NCBI RefSeq assembly: GCF_000015585.1
Contig: NC_008789.1
Coordinates: 1,320,001-1,352,000 of the forward strand
Direction of reading: 5' to 3'
DNA length: 32,000 nucleotides
DNA from: Halorhodospira halophila SL1
GTDB taxonomy: Bacteria > Pseudomonadota > Gammaproteobacteria > Nitrococcales > Halorhodospiraceae
Shown: piece after piece, positions 21,301 to 31,277 of the stretch
Layout of the letters: each line of letters starts with the position of its first letter
How positions within the stretch are numbered: position 1 is the first letter of the stretch
The notes under the pieces: model-generated
Told to the model about the DNA's origin: nothing
The model's input: only the letters and a program-made list of their open reading frames with translations
Databases searched by the model: none
Made by a program: the position numbers and the translations under genes

Positions 21301-22272
21301 TTAATAGCGCACCAGCGCCGATCCCCAGGTGAATCCGCCGCCGAAGGCCTCCAGCAGCAGGGTCTCACCGCGCTGGATGCGACCGTCGCGCACTGCGGTA
21401 TCGAGGGCAATCGGGATCGAGGCTGCCGACGTGTTGCCGTGCTCACCCACCGTCACGACGACGCGCTCCATCGGGAGGTCGAGCTTCTTGGCAGTGGCCT
21501 GGATGATGCGGATATTCGCCTGGTGCGGGACCAGCCAGTCGACCTCCCCTTTATCGACACCGGCGGCATCCAGGGTCTCTTCGACGATCCGCGTCAAGGT
21601 GTTCACAGCCACCTTGAACACCTCGTTCCCTCGCATGTGGATATAGCCGCTCTCGGCCCCCAGCGCGGCATAACCACGCCCCGGCCCCCATGGCACGTAC
21701 AGCAAGGGCTCGTAACGCCCGTCGCAATGCAGGTGGGTGGAGAGCACCCCGGGCTCCTCAGAAGCCTCCAGGACCACGGCGCCGCCGCCGTCCCCGAAGA
21801 GCACACAGGTCCCCCGATCGTCCCAATTGAGGATTCGGGTCATCGCCTCCGCACCGACGACCAGGGCACGCTGGGCGTCGCCGAAGCGCACAAAACGCTC
21901 AGCAATCCCCAGGGCGTAGATAAAGCCGGAGCACGCTGCGGCGATATCAAACGCCGCCGCCCCCGGACGAACCCCCAGGGCGCGCTGGAGCGACGAGGCC
22001 GTACTGGGGAAGATGCGGTCAGGGGTGCACGTCGCGACGATGATCAGATCGATCTCGTCCCCGCTGACCCCGGCAGCCTCCAGGGCGCGTTGTGCGGCAA
22101 TCCGGCCGAGGTCTCCACAGACCTCGTCCTCGCCGATCACCCGCCGCTCACAGATCCCGGTACGCTCACGGATCCACTGATCGGAGGTCTCGACGTGCTG
22201 CTCGAGATCTTGATTGGTGACCACCCGTTCGGGAAGATAGCTCCCCGTGCCGATAATCCTTGCGTTCCTCAC
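21301..22272 (-). CDS. fabH: 3-oxoacyl-ACP synthase III.
   Basis: The 323-aa ORF has AACSGF (active-site Cys), HQAN, and a GGGFTWGS C-terminus. Confidence 0.95.
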   Translation of the reverse strand: MRNARIIGTGSYLPERVVTNQDLEQHVETSDQWIRERTGICERRVIGEDEVCGDLGRIAAQRALEAAGVSGDEIDLIIVATCTPDRIFPSTASSLQRALGVRPGAAAFDIAAACSGFIYALGIAERFVRFGDAQRALVVGAEAMTRILNWDDRGTCVLFGDGGGAVVLEASEEPGVLSTHLHCDGRYEPLLYVPWGPGRGYAALGAESGYIHMRGNEVFKVAVNTLTRIVEETLDAAGVDKGEVDWLVPHQANIRIIQATAKKLDLPMERVVVTVGEHGNTSAASIPIALDTAVRDGRIQRGETLLLEAFGGGFTWGSALVRY

Positions 22273-23300
22273 GCCCCTTCCTTCGCCCCCAGCAGCCGCT
22301 CGATACGCGCATTGATCAAATCCGGGACTCCTTGCTCGGCCTCGCGAACCGCGGTGTCAATGGCCCGGCCGAAGGCAAAGCTGTCTGCCGAGCCGTGACT
22401 CTTGAGGGCGACTCCCCGTAGGCCGAGCAGACTCGCCCCGTTGTACTGACGGGGGTCGATCCGCCGTCGCAGGGCGCGCAGCACCGGCAGCGCGACAACC
22501 CCGGCGATCTTCGACAGGAGATTGCGCCGGAACTCCATCCGCATGTACTCGGAGATCAGCGTCGCCACGCCCTCACTGGTCTTCAGCGCCACGTTGCCGA
22601 CGAAACCGTCGCAGACGACCACATCGGCCTCGCCCTTGTAGATGCCGTCGCCCTCGATATACCCGGCGTAGTGGATCTCTTCGGACTCGAGCAGGAGTTC
22701 TGCCGCGTGCTTGACCTGCTCGTTGCCCTTGATCTCTTCTTCGCCGATGTTCAGCAGGCCGACACGCGGACGCTCCAGCCCGTGCACTGCCTCGGCCGCT
22801 ACTGCACCCATCACCCCGAACTGGAAGAGGTGCTCGCCGGTGCAATCGACGTTGGCACCGAGATCGAGCATGTGCGTGGCACCCCCGAGCGTGGGGATCG
22901 TGCTCATGATCGCCGGCCGGTCGATCCCCGGAAGGGTCTTGAGCAGATAGCGCGCGGTCGCCATCAGCGCGCCCGTATTGCCGGCACTGACCGAACCGTC
23001 TGCCTCCCCGGTCTTGACCATCTCCAGGGCGACCCGCATGGACGAGTCCTTCTTGGAGCGCAGCGCGTGGGAGGGCGGCTCGTCCATGGCCACGACCTGG
23101 GTGCAGTGGCGGATGCTCAGACGCCCGCTATCCCCCTGATTTCCAGCCTGGAGGTGCTCGCGCAGCGTCTCTTCCTGCCCGACCAGTACCAGATGAAGGT
23201 GCGGATGACGCTCCAGGGCCTGCAAAGCAGCGGGGACCACGACACTTGGTCCGTGATCCCCGCCCATGGCGTCCAGCGACAGAGTTATCTGGCTCGTCAT
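22269..23300 (-). CDS. plsX: Phosphate acyltransferase PlsX.
   Basis: The 343-aa ORF has an [11 protein letters not shown]-terminus and a 4-nt overlap with fabH. It sits in the rpmF-plsX-fabH context. Confidence 0.95.
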   Translation of the reverse strand: MTSQITLSLDAMGGDHGPSVVVPAALQALERHPHLHLVLVGQEETLREHLQAGNQGDSGRLSIRHCTQVVAMDEPPSHALRSKKDSSMRVALEMVKTGEADGSVSAGNTGALMATARYLLKTLPGIDRPAIMSTIPTLGGATHMLDLGANVDCTGEHLFQFGVMGAVAAEAVHGLERPRVGLLNIGEEEIKGNEQVKHAAELLLESEEIHYAGYIEGDGIYKGEADVVVCDGFVGNVALKTSEGVATLISEYMRMEFRRNLLSKIAGVVALPVLRALRRRIDPRQYNGASLLGLRGVALKSHGSADSFAFGRAIDTAVREAEQGVPDLINARIERLLGAKEGA

Positions 23301-23358
23301 GCCCCCACCCGCTCAACTGCTGGGCTCTGGCCTGCGATGACGACCACGCCGAGGCAGC

Positions 23359-23538
23359 TCAGTCGTCCTGCCCGCGGGTCACCTTACGGCCCCGATAATA
23401 GCCGTCGGCGCTGATGTGGTGGCGACGATGCGTCTCACCGGTGTTTTGCTCCGTGGACAGCGTCGGCTTGCTCAGGCTGTCGTGCGAGCGACGCATGCCA
23501 CGCTTGGAGGGCGTCTTGCGGTTCTGTTGTACGGCCAT
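23359..23538 (-). CDS. rpmF: 50S ribosomal protein L32.
   Basis: My own translation gives [53 protein letters not shown] (59 aa in total). It falls just below the ORF track length cut-off. Confidence 0.95.
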   Translation of the reverse strand: MAVQQNRKTPSKRGMRRSHDSLSKPTLSTEQNTGETHRRHHISADGYYRGRKVTRGQDD

Positions 23539-23588
23539 GCTGTTCTTACTCCGATCGGTTCTAAAATTCTCGGCCGGCGCGCTTCGGA

Positions 23589-24101
23589 CTAATCGTCCGC
23601 TTGACGCCGAACTCTGCCCTGCAGGCTCGCGAACGGGCTAAGCGCCTCTCGCTCCACCCCGGCGCCGTGTTCGGGGGCCCCGCAGTCGTTTCCCGAGTGT
23701 CTGGCCACCACCGGCAGAGCCAGCAGGATCTCTTCCTCAATGACCTGAAGGGGCCGGACCGCCGCGCCACTGACGTAGGGTTCGAGCTCGTCCGGCAATG
23801 CCTCGCCTTCCTCCTCGGTCGCCACAATGACTACCCGGAAGGCCCCGGCCACCTGGTGGTGGTAGACCCCGAGACAGCGTTGACAGGTCAGCGGCACGCT
23901 CGCCTCGATGCGGCCTTCCAGGACCCGCCGGCCAGCCTCATCCAGGCCCCCTTCCAGGCGTGCCCAGACCTGCCCCTCCTGCGTCGCCAGCAATGGCGAC
24001 AGGCGTGGCATCGTCGGCAGCGCCAGGGTGCCTTCGTGGGCACGCGACGGCGCGCCAAAATCGTCTGGAGCCAGCGCATCCGGCAACATAAGGGCCTGCA
24101 T
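23589..24101 (-). CDS. yceD: YceD/DUF177 family protein (large ribosomal RNA subunit accumulation protein).
   Basis: The 170-aa ORF has a CQRCL Cys motif and an acidic C-terminal half. It holds the conserved position immediately upstream of rpmF. Confidence 0.8.
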   Translation of the reverse strand: MQALMLPDALAPDDFGAPSRAHEGTLALPTMPRLSPLLATQEGQVWARLEGGLDEAGRRVLEGRIEASVPLTCQRCLGVYHHQVAGAFRVVIVATEEEGEALPDELEPYVSGAAVRPLQVIEEEILLALPVVARHSGNDCGAPEHGAGVEREALSPFASLQGRVRRQADD

Positions 24102-24192
24102 ACTAGCCCTGCCACCGGGTAGTGTAAAGTGCTGGCATTGCGCTGTTTACGGCGCTAGGGTGCACGGCTTTGCAAACCAACGGGTTCTCGCC

Positions 24193-24774
24193 ATGTCAGA
24201 TTCAGGATCGCTGATACTGGCCTCGGCATCGCCTTATCGCCGGGCATTGCTCGAGCGCCTGGGCATTCCGTTCGAGGTGGACGCCGCCGCCATCGAGGAG
24301 CGGATCGCGGCTACGGAGCCCCCCGAGGAGGCCGTGGTGCGGCTCGCCCGCGAGAAGGCCTACGCAGTGGCCAAGCGCCACCCCGGGGCCCTGGTGATCG
24401 GCAGCGATCAGGTGGCCGCGCTCGGCGCCGAGATCCTCGGCAAGCCCGGCAGCGAGGAGCGTGCCCGGGAGCAGCTGAGCCACTACTCTGGGCAGGTCGT
24501 ACGGTTCTTGACCGCGATCAGCGTACGCCAGGATGACGAGGAGGAGCACCTGCTGGAGACGGTGCGCGTCCGGTTCCGGACCCTCGATGCGGAAACCATC
24601 GACCGCTACGTCCGGGCCGATCAGCCCCTCGACTGTGCTGGCGCCATACGCTCTGAGGGTCTCGGCGCGGCACTGCTGGAGTCGGTCGAGAGCAACGACC
24701 CTTCGGCCCTAATCGGCCTGCCGCTGATCGGCCTCGCACGCCTCCTCCGGGGCAAGGGGTATCGACTGCCCTGA
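24193..24774 (+). CDS. maf: Maf-like nucleoside triphosphate pyrophosphatase (YceF type).
   Basis: The protein starts MSDSGSLILASASPYRRALLERLGIPFEV at the ATG at 24193, inside track ORF 23908..24774. It contains GSDQV and GAIRSEG motifs. It is divergent from yceD, as in E. coli. Confidence 0.9.
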   Translation: MSDSGSLILASASPYRRALLERLGIPFEVDAAAIEERIAATEPPEEAVVRLAREKAYAVAKRHPGALVIGSDQVAALGAEILGKPGSEERAREQLSHYSGQVVRFLTAISVRQDDEEEHLLETVRVRFRTLDAETIDRYVRADQPLDCAGAIRSEGLGAALLESVESNDPSALIGLPLIGLARLLRGKGYRLP

Positions 24775-24779
24775 GCGGA

Positions 24780-24817
24780 TGCCCTGCCGGGGTGCGGCCC
24801 CGTGGCCTGGCAGGGCA
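24780..24817. terminator. Hairpin between convergent maf and sppA.
   Basis: TGCCCTGCC (24780-24788) pairs with GGCAGGGCA (24809-24817), and there is an inner GGGG/CCCC pairing. There is no clear U-tract. Confidence 0.35.
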
Positions 24818-24835
24818 CCCGCTCACGGGCCCGCA

Positions 24836-25786
24836 TCAGCGGGGTTGGTGCTCGAACGTCTCTAGCGACTGGTAGACCCCCTGACCGACGGCGGTGCCGA
24901 AACGCTCGGCAAGCTGCGAGAGAAAATCACGCCGCGCCGTATAGTCGACCAGCTCCTCCTCGCCGATCACGTCGCGGGCGACGCTGCGCACGCTGCCAAT
25001 CTCGTCGGCCAGCCCTTTGTCGAGGCTCTGCTGCCCGGTCCAGATCAGCCCCGAGAAGAGGCGATCCTCGTCGGCACCGGCCGCGTCGATCTGCTCACCG
25101 CGCCCGTCGCGCACGGCGGCAATGAACTGGCCGTGGATATCGTCGAGCATGGTGCGCACATGTTCGACATGGGCCTCATCCTCCGGGGCAAAGGGGTCGA
25201 GGAAGGCCTTGTCGTCGCCAGCGGTGTAGACCCGCCGCTCAATGCCGAGTTTTTCCAGGGCCTCACCGATGCCGAAGCTGCCCATGATGACCCCGATCGA
25301 GCCGACGATGCTCGACTCGTTGACGTGGATCTGGTCAGCAGCAGCGGCGACGTAATAAGCCCCGGAGGTTCCGATATCTTCGATGACGGCGTGGACCGGG
25401 ATGTCCTCGTACTCCTCGCGCAGGCGCCGGATCTCCTGATAAATCTGCCGGGCATGCACCGCGCTCCCGCCCGGGCTGTTGATACGCAGCACCACACCCG
25501 CTGCGTCATCGGCCTCGAAGGCGCGCTCCAGCCCGCGGATAACTTGCTCGGCACTGGCCGCGGAATCCGACATGATCGGGCCGTCGATGCGCACCTCCGC
25601 CGTATGCGGGCCGATTTCTTCGTCCGCGGCGAAGTCCAGGCGCCCCAGCGAAACGGCGACTAGGACGACCACCACCAGGATGGCGCCGCGGGTGATCAGG
25701 CGCCAGCGCCGTGCTCGACGTTGCTCGCGGATATTCTCCTTTAGCAGCTCCAGAAGCGCATCACGCTCCGACGTCTCTTCGCTCAT
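24836..25786 (-). CDS. sppA: Signal peptide peptidase SppA, 36K type (S49 peptidase).
   Basis: It has an N-terminal TM segment, then RINSPGGSAV and GTSGAYYVA...VGSIGV S49 motifs. Confidence 0.88.
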   Translation of the reverse strand: MSEETSERDALLELLKENIREQRRARRWRLITRGAILVVVVLVAVSLGRLDFAADEEIGPHTAEVRIDGPIMSDSAASAEQVIRGLERAFEADDAAGVVLRINSPGGSAVHARQIYQEIRRLREEYEDIPVHAVIEDIGTSGAYYVAAAADQIHVNESSIVGSIGVIMGSFGIGEALEKLGIERRVYTAGDDKAFLDPFAPEDEAHVEHVRTMLDDIHGQFIAAVRDGRGEQIDAAGADEDRLFSGLIWTGQQSLDKGLADEIGSVRSVARDVIGEEELVDYTARRDFLSQLAERFGTAVGQGVYQSLETFEHQPR

Positions 25787-26760
25787 GCTGACTCCTCGTC
25801 TTGTGAATGCGATAACCGTTCGAGGACCGCCTTCAGCTCATCGCTGAGCGGCGCCTCGATACAGAGGGGTTCCCCGGTATCCGGATGCTGGAGACGCAGC
25901 GACGAGGCGTGCAGAAACAGCCGGCGCAGCCCGTAATCCCGCATTGTGGCGTTCGCCCCACGATCACCATAGCGCTCATCGCCCGCCACCGGGTGGCCGA
26001 TGTGCCGAGCGTGGACCCGAATCTGGTGGGTGCGGCCGGTCTCCAGGCGTGCGGTGACCAGGGTCGCCTGCGGCCAGGACTGCTTCCGCAGGAATTCGGT
26101 CACGGCCGCCCGCCCCTGCTTGCTGACACGCACCTGCCGTTCCCGAGGCGCGCCTGGCAAACGCTCCAGCGGCGCATCGACGCGCAGCGGCGTCACGCCT
26201 CGCAACGGCCCGACCAGCAGCGTCGTGTAATGCTTTTCCACCTTGCCCTGCCGGAGTTGTTCATGGAGCCGACGCAGCGTCGATCGACGCTTGGCCAGCA
26301 TCAAGCATCCGCTCGTCTCTTGGTCGAGTCGATGCACCAGCTCTATAAAGGGCAGATCCGGACGCAGGCCTCGCAGCGCCTCCACCAGACCCAGGCGCAC
26401 GGTGGAGCCGCCGTGGACGGCCAGCCCCGAGGGCTTGTCCAGCACAAGCAGGCGCTCATCCTCATAGAGCACACCGCGGCGCAGCCGCGCCTCCAGGCCA
26501 TCAGGGAGCCCCCCCGAGGCGGGTTGGCTTGTCTGGCGCTGCCCCGAAACCGGTGGTATGCGCACCACCTCGCCGGCACTCAACCGGCGCGTGGGCTTGG
26601 CGCGGCCACCATCAACACGCACCTGCCCTTTCCGCAGCAGGCGGTAGACTCGGCTGCGCGGTACACCCTTGAGTTGTCGCAGGAGGAAGTTGTCGATTCG
26701 CTGCCCGGCTTCGTCGGCCAGTACCTGATGGTGTCGAACCTTGGGATCAGAGGCGCTCAT
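25783..26760 (-). CDS. rluC: 23S rRNA pseudouridine synthase RluC (RluA family).
   Basis: It has an S4 domain at the N-terminus and the catalytic motif HRLDQETSGCLMLAK. It is divergent from rne, as in E. coli. Confidence 0.88.
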   Translation of the reverse strand: MSASDPKVRHHQVLADEAGQRIDNFLLRQLKGVPRSRVYRLLRKGQVRVDGGRAKPTRRLSAGEVVRIPPVSGQRQTSQPASGGLPDGLEARLRRGVLYEDERLLVLDKPSGLAVHGGSTVRLGLVEALRGLRPDLPFIELVHRLDQETSGCLMLAKRRSTLRRLHEQLRQGKVEKHYTTLLVGPLRGVTPLRVDAPLERLPGAPRERQVRVSKQGRAAVTEFLRKQSWPQATLVTARLETGRTHQIRVHARHIGHPVAGDERYGDRGANATMRDYGLRRLFLHASSLRLQHPDTGEPLCIEAPLSDELKAVLERLSHSQDEESA

Positions 26761-26786
26761 AGGCGGATTCTAGCAAAAGAAGGAAT

Positions 26787-26816
26787 TTGAAGGGCGACGC
26801 AAGTCACTGATACAAT
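26787..26816 (+). promoter_or_regulatory. Candidate strong sigma70 promoter for rne.
   Basis: TTGAAG (26787-26792), an 18-nt spacer, then an extended -10 TGATACAAT with TACAAT at 26811-26816. This predicts a leader of about 335 nt before the rne ATG at 27159. Confidence 0.5.
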
Positions 26817-27158
26817 TAGTCGCACGTGGTGTCCAGATTCACGCGACGCCGCGACGGGTTTCACACAGCGTCGCACGCCGTGCGGCGCTGATAGCAGCGC
26901 CAGACGAGACAACGGGTCCGCGCCCATGGCGGCGGGGACCACTTGACCACGACGAACATGCCCTGCGCCCCTTCAGGAGTCGAGCGCGGATGACACGGAC
27001 GGAACTGTCGCACTGGATGGTCTGGCTTGCCGCCTGGTCGGCGCCACCGCTGTGGCCCGAGCGGGCAGCGGCCGGGCCCGATGCGATGCCGGCCCCCCGG
27101 CCCGTCCTGCTCGGGCGCCCTGTAGCGATGGCGGCAGGGCTGCGGAGATTGCGCACCC

Positions 27159-29945
27159 ATGAAAAGAATGCTGATCAACGCAACTCAGCCGGAAGAGTTG
27201 CGCGTTGCACTAGTGGATGGGCAGATCCTCTACGATCTCGACATCGAGGCACCCTCCCGCGAGCAGAAAAAAGCCAACATCTACAAGGGGATCATCACCC
27301 GGGTTGAACCCAGCCTCGAGGCGGCGTTCGTCCAGTACGGCGCAGAGCGCCACGGCTTCCTCCCCTTCAAGGAGATCGCGCCGGCCTACTTCACCTCGGC
27401 GGACGGCCAGCGCAATTCCCCGAAGGACGGCCTGCGCGAAAACCAGGAGGTCCTGGTGCAGGTCGACAAAGAGGAGCGCGGCAACAAAGGCGCCGCCCTG
27501 ACCACCTACATCAGCCTGGCCGGGCGCTACCTGGTGCTCATGCCCAACAATCCGCGTGCCGGGGGAGTTTCCCGGCGGATCGAGGGGTCGGATCGCGCGG
27601 AAATCCGCGAGAGCCTGCGCCAGCTGGATGTCCCGGAAGGGATGGGGCTGATCGTGCGCACCGCCGGCGTTGGACGTAGCACGGAAGAGCTGCAGTGGGA
27701 CCTGGATTACCTGCTGAAGCTCTGGGATGCCATCCAGAACGCCACCGCAGAGCGCGCGGCCCCGTTCCTGGTGTACCAGGAAAGCGACGTCATCATCCGC
27801 GCGCTGCGTGATTACCTGCGTTCGGATATCGGCGAGATCCTGGTCGACGACGATGAAGTCTTCTCCAAGGCACGCGACTTCATCGACCAGGTCATGCCGT
27901 ACAACCGGCAGAAACTCAAGCACTACACCGATCCGGTACCGCTATTCTCGCGCTACCAGATCGAGAGCCAGATCGAGTCGGCGTTTCAACGCGATGTTCG
28001 CCTGCCCTCCGGCGGCGCCATCGCCATCGACCATACCGAAGCGCTGATCTCCATCGACATCAACTCCTCGCGCGCCACCAAGGGTGCCGACATCGAGGAG
28101 ACGGCCCTCAACACCAACCTCGAGGCCGCCGACGAAATCGCCCGGCAATTGCGTCTGCGCGACCTCGGCGGCCTGATCGTCATCGACTTTATCGACATGG
28201 GCCCACCCCGCCACCAGCGCGAGGTCGAGAGCCGGCTGCGCGAGGCGGTCAAGGCTGATCGCGCGCGGGTGCAGATCGGGCGGATCTCCCGGTTCGGGCT
28301 GCTGGAGATGTCTCGGCAGCGCCTGCGCTCGTCCCTCGGCGAGGCCCACCAGGAGGTCTGCGGCCGATGCGGTGGCCAGGGGACGGTGCGCAGCGTCGAG
28401 TCCCTGGCGCTGTCGATCCTGCGGATCATCGAGGAAGAGGCGATGAAGGAGAAGACCGGGCGCGTCCTGGCACAGCTCCCCATCGAGGTCGCCACCTTCC
28501 TGCTCAACGAGAAGCGGGCCCAGATCGCCGAACTCGAGCACCGCTACGGCGTGCACATCCTGCTGATCCCCAACCGCAATCTGGAGACCCCGCACTACGA
28601 TATTCAGCGCATGCGCACCGACGAAGGCCCGGAGCAGAGCGGCAGTAGCTACAACCTGGCCACTCCGGCAGCGGAGCCGACGGTCATCGAGGCTGGCCTG
28701 CCCGCCAGTCGCCCTCCGGCGCCCGCCGTCCAGGGGGTTACCCCCAGTGCACCCGCTCCGGGCCCCGCCTCCGGCACCGAGGAGCGAAAGCGACCGACCG
28801 GCCAGGGCGCGGAGGGTCAAGGGGAAGACGCCCCTCTGAGCTCCATCTTCCGTCGGCTGCGCGGACTGCTATTCCAGAACTCCACCGATCAAGAACGCCT
28901 TACGGAGGGCGATTCACCCCGTGACAAGGCGTCCCCTCGACGCGTTGAGGCTGAGCCGGAGGCCTCCGAGGAGCGTGGCGGCCGCAACGGCGGCCAGAGC
29001 AAGCGCGGCACCCGACGCGGTGGCCGTTCCCGGGGTGGCGGACGCAGTCGGCGGGGCACCGGCGACGGCGGCAACGGACAGCAGCAGCGCGCCCAGACCG
29101 AGGGCGACTCGGGCCCCCAAGGCTCGTCCGCCGAGACGGCGCAAGCCCAGGATGAAGGCAAGGAGCGGAGCAACCGGGGCAGCAAGGCAAGCAGCAAGCG
29201 CAAGAGCGAGAGCAGCGCCAAGGCCGGGACCACTGCCGACACCGAGACCCCCGATACGGAAACCGGGACCCCGCAGCCGGAGGGCGCCAAGGAGTCGACG
29301 CCGGAAGACACCACCCAAACCTCCGAGGCCCGCTCCTCCAGTGGCTCCGGGAGAAGCGGACGCAGCCGTCGAGGCCGCCGCGGGGGTCGCCGCCGCCGGC
29401 GATCCAACAACGGGTCGGAGCAGGACGACGGGCAGTCAGGCTCGGCGGCTACCGCGCGTGACAGCGGCGACACGGCTGCTGAGTCCTCCGCCACTCAGGA
29501 TGCATCGGGCACTGCCTCAGCGGCTTCGGCAACTCGCGACCAGGCGGCCGAAAAGCCCTCTGAGCCGGGAACGCAGCCCGAGGCGGCGACGACTCAGGGA
29601 GGCAGCACCGAGGCGCGTCGTACCAGCTCCCGCAAAGCCGCCGATCAACGGGCGCAGCCGACCGACGACGCGAAGCCGCCGAAGGCGGCCGAGGAAGGCG
29701 CTGCCCCATCGGTTAAGGACGCCGACGCATCGCGATCCGACCAGGCAGAGGCGGCCGAACCTGCCGCGGCAACCAACGCGCCACAACAGGCCGAGGAACC
29801 GGCAGAGACATCCGGCCGCCGCAAGCACGTCCGCTCAGGCCGTCCGCGCAAGCCGAAGACCCAGGCATCTGGTGCGCAGAATGCCACGGCGCCTGACTCG
29901 GATGGCGCTTCGGTCAATGCGGAAGATGCGGAGAGGGCCGAGTAA
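27159..29945 (+). CDS. rne: Ribonuclease E.
   Basis: The 928-aa ORF has an N-terminal catalytic half ([22 protein letters not shown], an S1 domain, and the Zn-link [10 protein letters not shown]). A putative amphipathic membrane anchor [13 protein letters not shown] lies at nt 28836-28874. The C-terminal half is an Arg-rich/acidic low-complexity scaffold. Confidence 0.97.
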   Translation: MKRMLINATQPEELRVALVDGQILYDLDIEAPSREQKKANIYKGIITRVEPSLEAAFVQYGAERHGFLPFKEIAPAYFTSADGQRNSPKDGLRENQEVLVQVDKEERGNKGAALTTYISLAGRYLVLMPNNPRAGGVSRRIEGSDRAEIRESLRQLDVPEGMGLIVRTAGVGRSTEELQWDLDYLLKLWDAIQNATAERAAPFLVYQESDVIIRALRDYLRSDIGEILVDDDEVFSKARDFIDQVMPYNRQKLKHYTDPVPLFSRYQIESQIESAFQRDVRLPSGGAIAIDHTEALISIDINSSRATKGADIEETALNTNLEAADEIARQLRLRDLGGLIVIDFIDMGPPRHQREVESRLREAVKADRARVQIGRISRFGLLEMSRQRLRSSLGEAHQEVCGRCGGQGTVRSVESLALSILRIIEEEAMKEKTGRVLAQLPIEVATFLLNEKRAQIAELEHRYGVHILLIPNRNLETPHYDIQRMRTDEGPEQSGSSYNLATPAAEPTVIEAGLPASRPPAPAVQGVTPSAPAPGPASGTEERKRPTGQGAEGQGEDAPLSSIFRRLRGLLFQNSTDQERLTEGDSPRDKASPRRVEAEPEASEERGGRNGGQSKRGTRRGGRSRGGGRSRRGTGDGGNGQQQRAQTEGDSGPQGSSAETAQAQDEGKERSNRGSKASSKRKSESSAKAGTTADTETPDTETGTPQPEGAKESTPEDTTQTSEARSSSGSGRSGRSRRGRRGGRRRRRSNNGSEQDDGQSGSAATARDSGDTAAESSATQDASGTASAASATRDQAAEKPSEPGTQPEAATTQGGSTEARRTSSRKAADQRAQPTDDAKPPKAAEEGAAPSVKDADASRSDQAEAAEPAAATNAPQQAEEPAETSGRRKHVRSGRPRKPKTQASGAQNATAPDSDGASVNAEDAERAE

Positions 29946-29967
29946 GACCGGCTGGTAGAAGAGAAGC

Positions 29968-29996
29968 CCTGCGGGCGGCACCTCGCCGCCCGCAGG
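29968..29996. terminator. 12-bp GC hairpin between convergent rne and the phosphatase gene.
   Basis: CCTGCGGGCGGC (29968-29979), loop ACCTC, GCCGCCCGCAGG (29985-29996). There is only a weak pyrimidine tract on the reverse-strand side. Confidence 0.5.
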
Positions 29997-30002
29997 AGCG
30001 GT

Positions 30003-30491
30003 TCAGCGCTGCTGGCGCTGACGGACCTCGGCGATCAGTCCATCGGCAGCTTCCTGGATCAGGTCGAGGACGTGCTCAAAACCCCGCTCGCCACCGTAGT
30101 AAGGATCCGGCACCTCCCGTTCACTGCGGTCGCGCGCGTAATCGAGGAATAGCCCGATCTTGTGGGCATGCTTCGGCGGGCAGTCGGCCTGCAGGATGCC
30201 CAGATTGGCCTCATCCATCGCCAGGATCAGATCGTAGGCCTCGAAATCGTGACGCTCCACCTGCCGGGCGCGCAGATCGCTGATATCGATCCCCCGCCGC
30301 TGCGCTGCCATCTGGGCGCGCTGGTCTGGACTCTTGCCGGTGTGGAAGTCGTGGGTACCCGCTGAATCGAGCTCTACCAGCTGCTCGATCCCCTCCTCGC
30401 GCAGGCGTTGGCGCAGCACACCCTCCGCCGTTGGCGATCGACAGATATTGCCCATGCAGACGAGCAGCACACGCAGTTTGTCCTCGGACAT
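30003..30491 (-). CDS. Low-molecular-weight protein-tyrosine phosphatase.
   Basis: It has the CX5R(S/T) P-loop VCMGNICRSPTAEG near the N-terminus and a DPYYG Asp-loop. Confidence 0.9.
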   Translation of the reverse strand: MSEDKLRVLLVCMGNICRSPTAEGVLRQRLREEGIEQLVELDSAGTHDFHTGKSPDQRAQMAAQRRGIDISDLRARQVERHDFEAYDLILAMDEANLGILQADCPPKHAHKIGLFLDYARDRSEREVPDPYYGGERGFEHVLDLIQEAADGLIAEVRQRQQR

Positions 30492-30503
30492 AACACCATT
30501 TCC

Positions 30504-31277
30504 TTATCGGGTTGATTGCAGCCGCCGGGCTACCGCCTCGAGATCGGCCGGCGTATCGACACCCGGCCCCGGGCGCTGGTCGGTGGCGGCCACCTGGATC
30601 GCGAAACCGTGCCATAGCGCTCGCAACTGTTCCAGAGACTCCAGCCGCTCTGGCGGAGCCGGCTCGAGCCCCGGGAAACGGCGAAGGAAGGCGGCCCGGT
30701 AGGCGTAGAGTCCTAGGTGGCGGAGCCAGCCCCCCGCAGCGACGGCGCCATCATCGATCCCGTCGAAGCGGTCCCGGTCCCAGGGGACCGGCGCGCGGCT
30801 GAAGTAGAGGGCGTGGTCACGGTGATCGCGCACTACCTTGACGACCGACGGTTCGAAGAGCTCGTCCGCGGCGGTGACCGGGGTCGCCAGAGTGGCAATG
30901 GCCGCGTCCGGATCCGTATCGAGCCGCTCGGCCACCAGTGCGACCAGCTCCGGGGGCATCAGCGGCTCGTCGCCTTGCAGGTTCACCACGATAGCCTCGT
31001 CAACCAATGCCAGACGATCGACCACCTCGGCGATGCGATCGGTCCCCGTGGGATGGTCGGGGGCGGTCAGCAAGACCTCCGCCCCGAAATCGCGACAGGC
31101 CGACTCGATCCGCGCGTCGTCGGTCGCCACGACCACCCGGGCGGCGCCGCTCTCTACCGCGCGCCGGTAGACGTGCTGGACCACCGGCTCGCCGAGCAGA
31201 TCGGCCAGCGGCTTGCCCGGCAGCCGCGAGGCTCCGTACCGCGCCGGGATGACCACAGTGAATGCCGGCGTGCTCAT
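30504..31277 (-). CDS. kdsB: 3-deoxy-manno-octulosonate cytidylyltransferase (CMP-KDO synthetase).
   Basis: The protein starts MSTPAFTVVIPARYGASRLPGKPL at the ATG at 31277, inside track ORF 30504..31340. It has an ATGA overlap with the lpxK stop. Confidence 0.93.
   Translation of the reverse strand: MSTPAFTVVIPARYGASRLPGKPLADLLGEPVVQHVYRRAVESGAARVVVATDDARIESACRDFGAEVLLTAPDHPTGTDRIAEVVDRLALVDEAIVVNLQGDEPLMPPELVALVAERLDTDPDAAIATLATPVTAADELFEPSVVKVVRDHRDHALYFSRAPVPWDRDRFDGIDDGAVAAGGWLRHLGLYAYRAAFLRRFPGLEPAPPERLESLEQLRALWHGFAIQVAATDQRPGPGVDTPADLEAVARRLQSTR

Noticed and set aside
24159-24174. A sigma54/NtrC-like GGTGCACGGCTTTGCA in the yceD-maf divergent spacer.
   Set aside because: The -24 region reads GTGCAC rather than TGGCAC and the spacing is off by one. 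There is no second NtrC half-site at the right distance, so it is probably chance.
26990-27307. A 105-aa plus-strand ORF in the rne leader that overlaps the rne start out of frame.
   Set aside because: It has no Shine-Dalgarno sequence and no homology signal, and it is Ala/Pro/Arg/Trp-rich. The region is better explained as the rne 5' UTR.
28889-29958. Alternative-frame ORFs (345 aa plus strand; 201 and 134 aa minus strand) in the rne 3' half.
   Set aside because: They are a product of the compositionally biased repeat-like coding sequence of the RNase E scaffold domain. The rne frame is continuous with the conserved catalytic domain.
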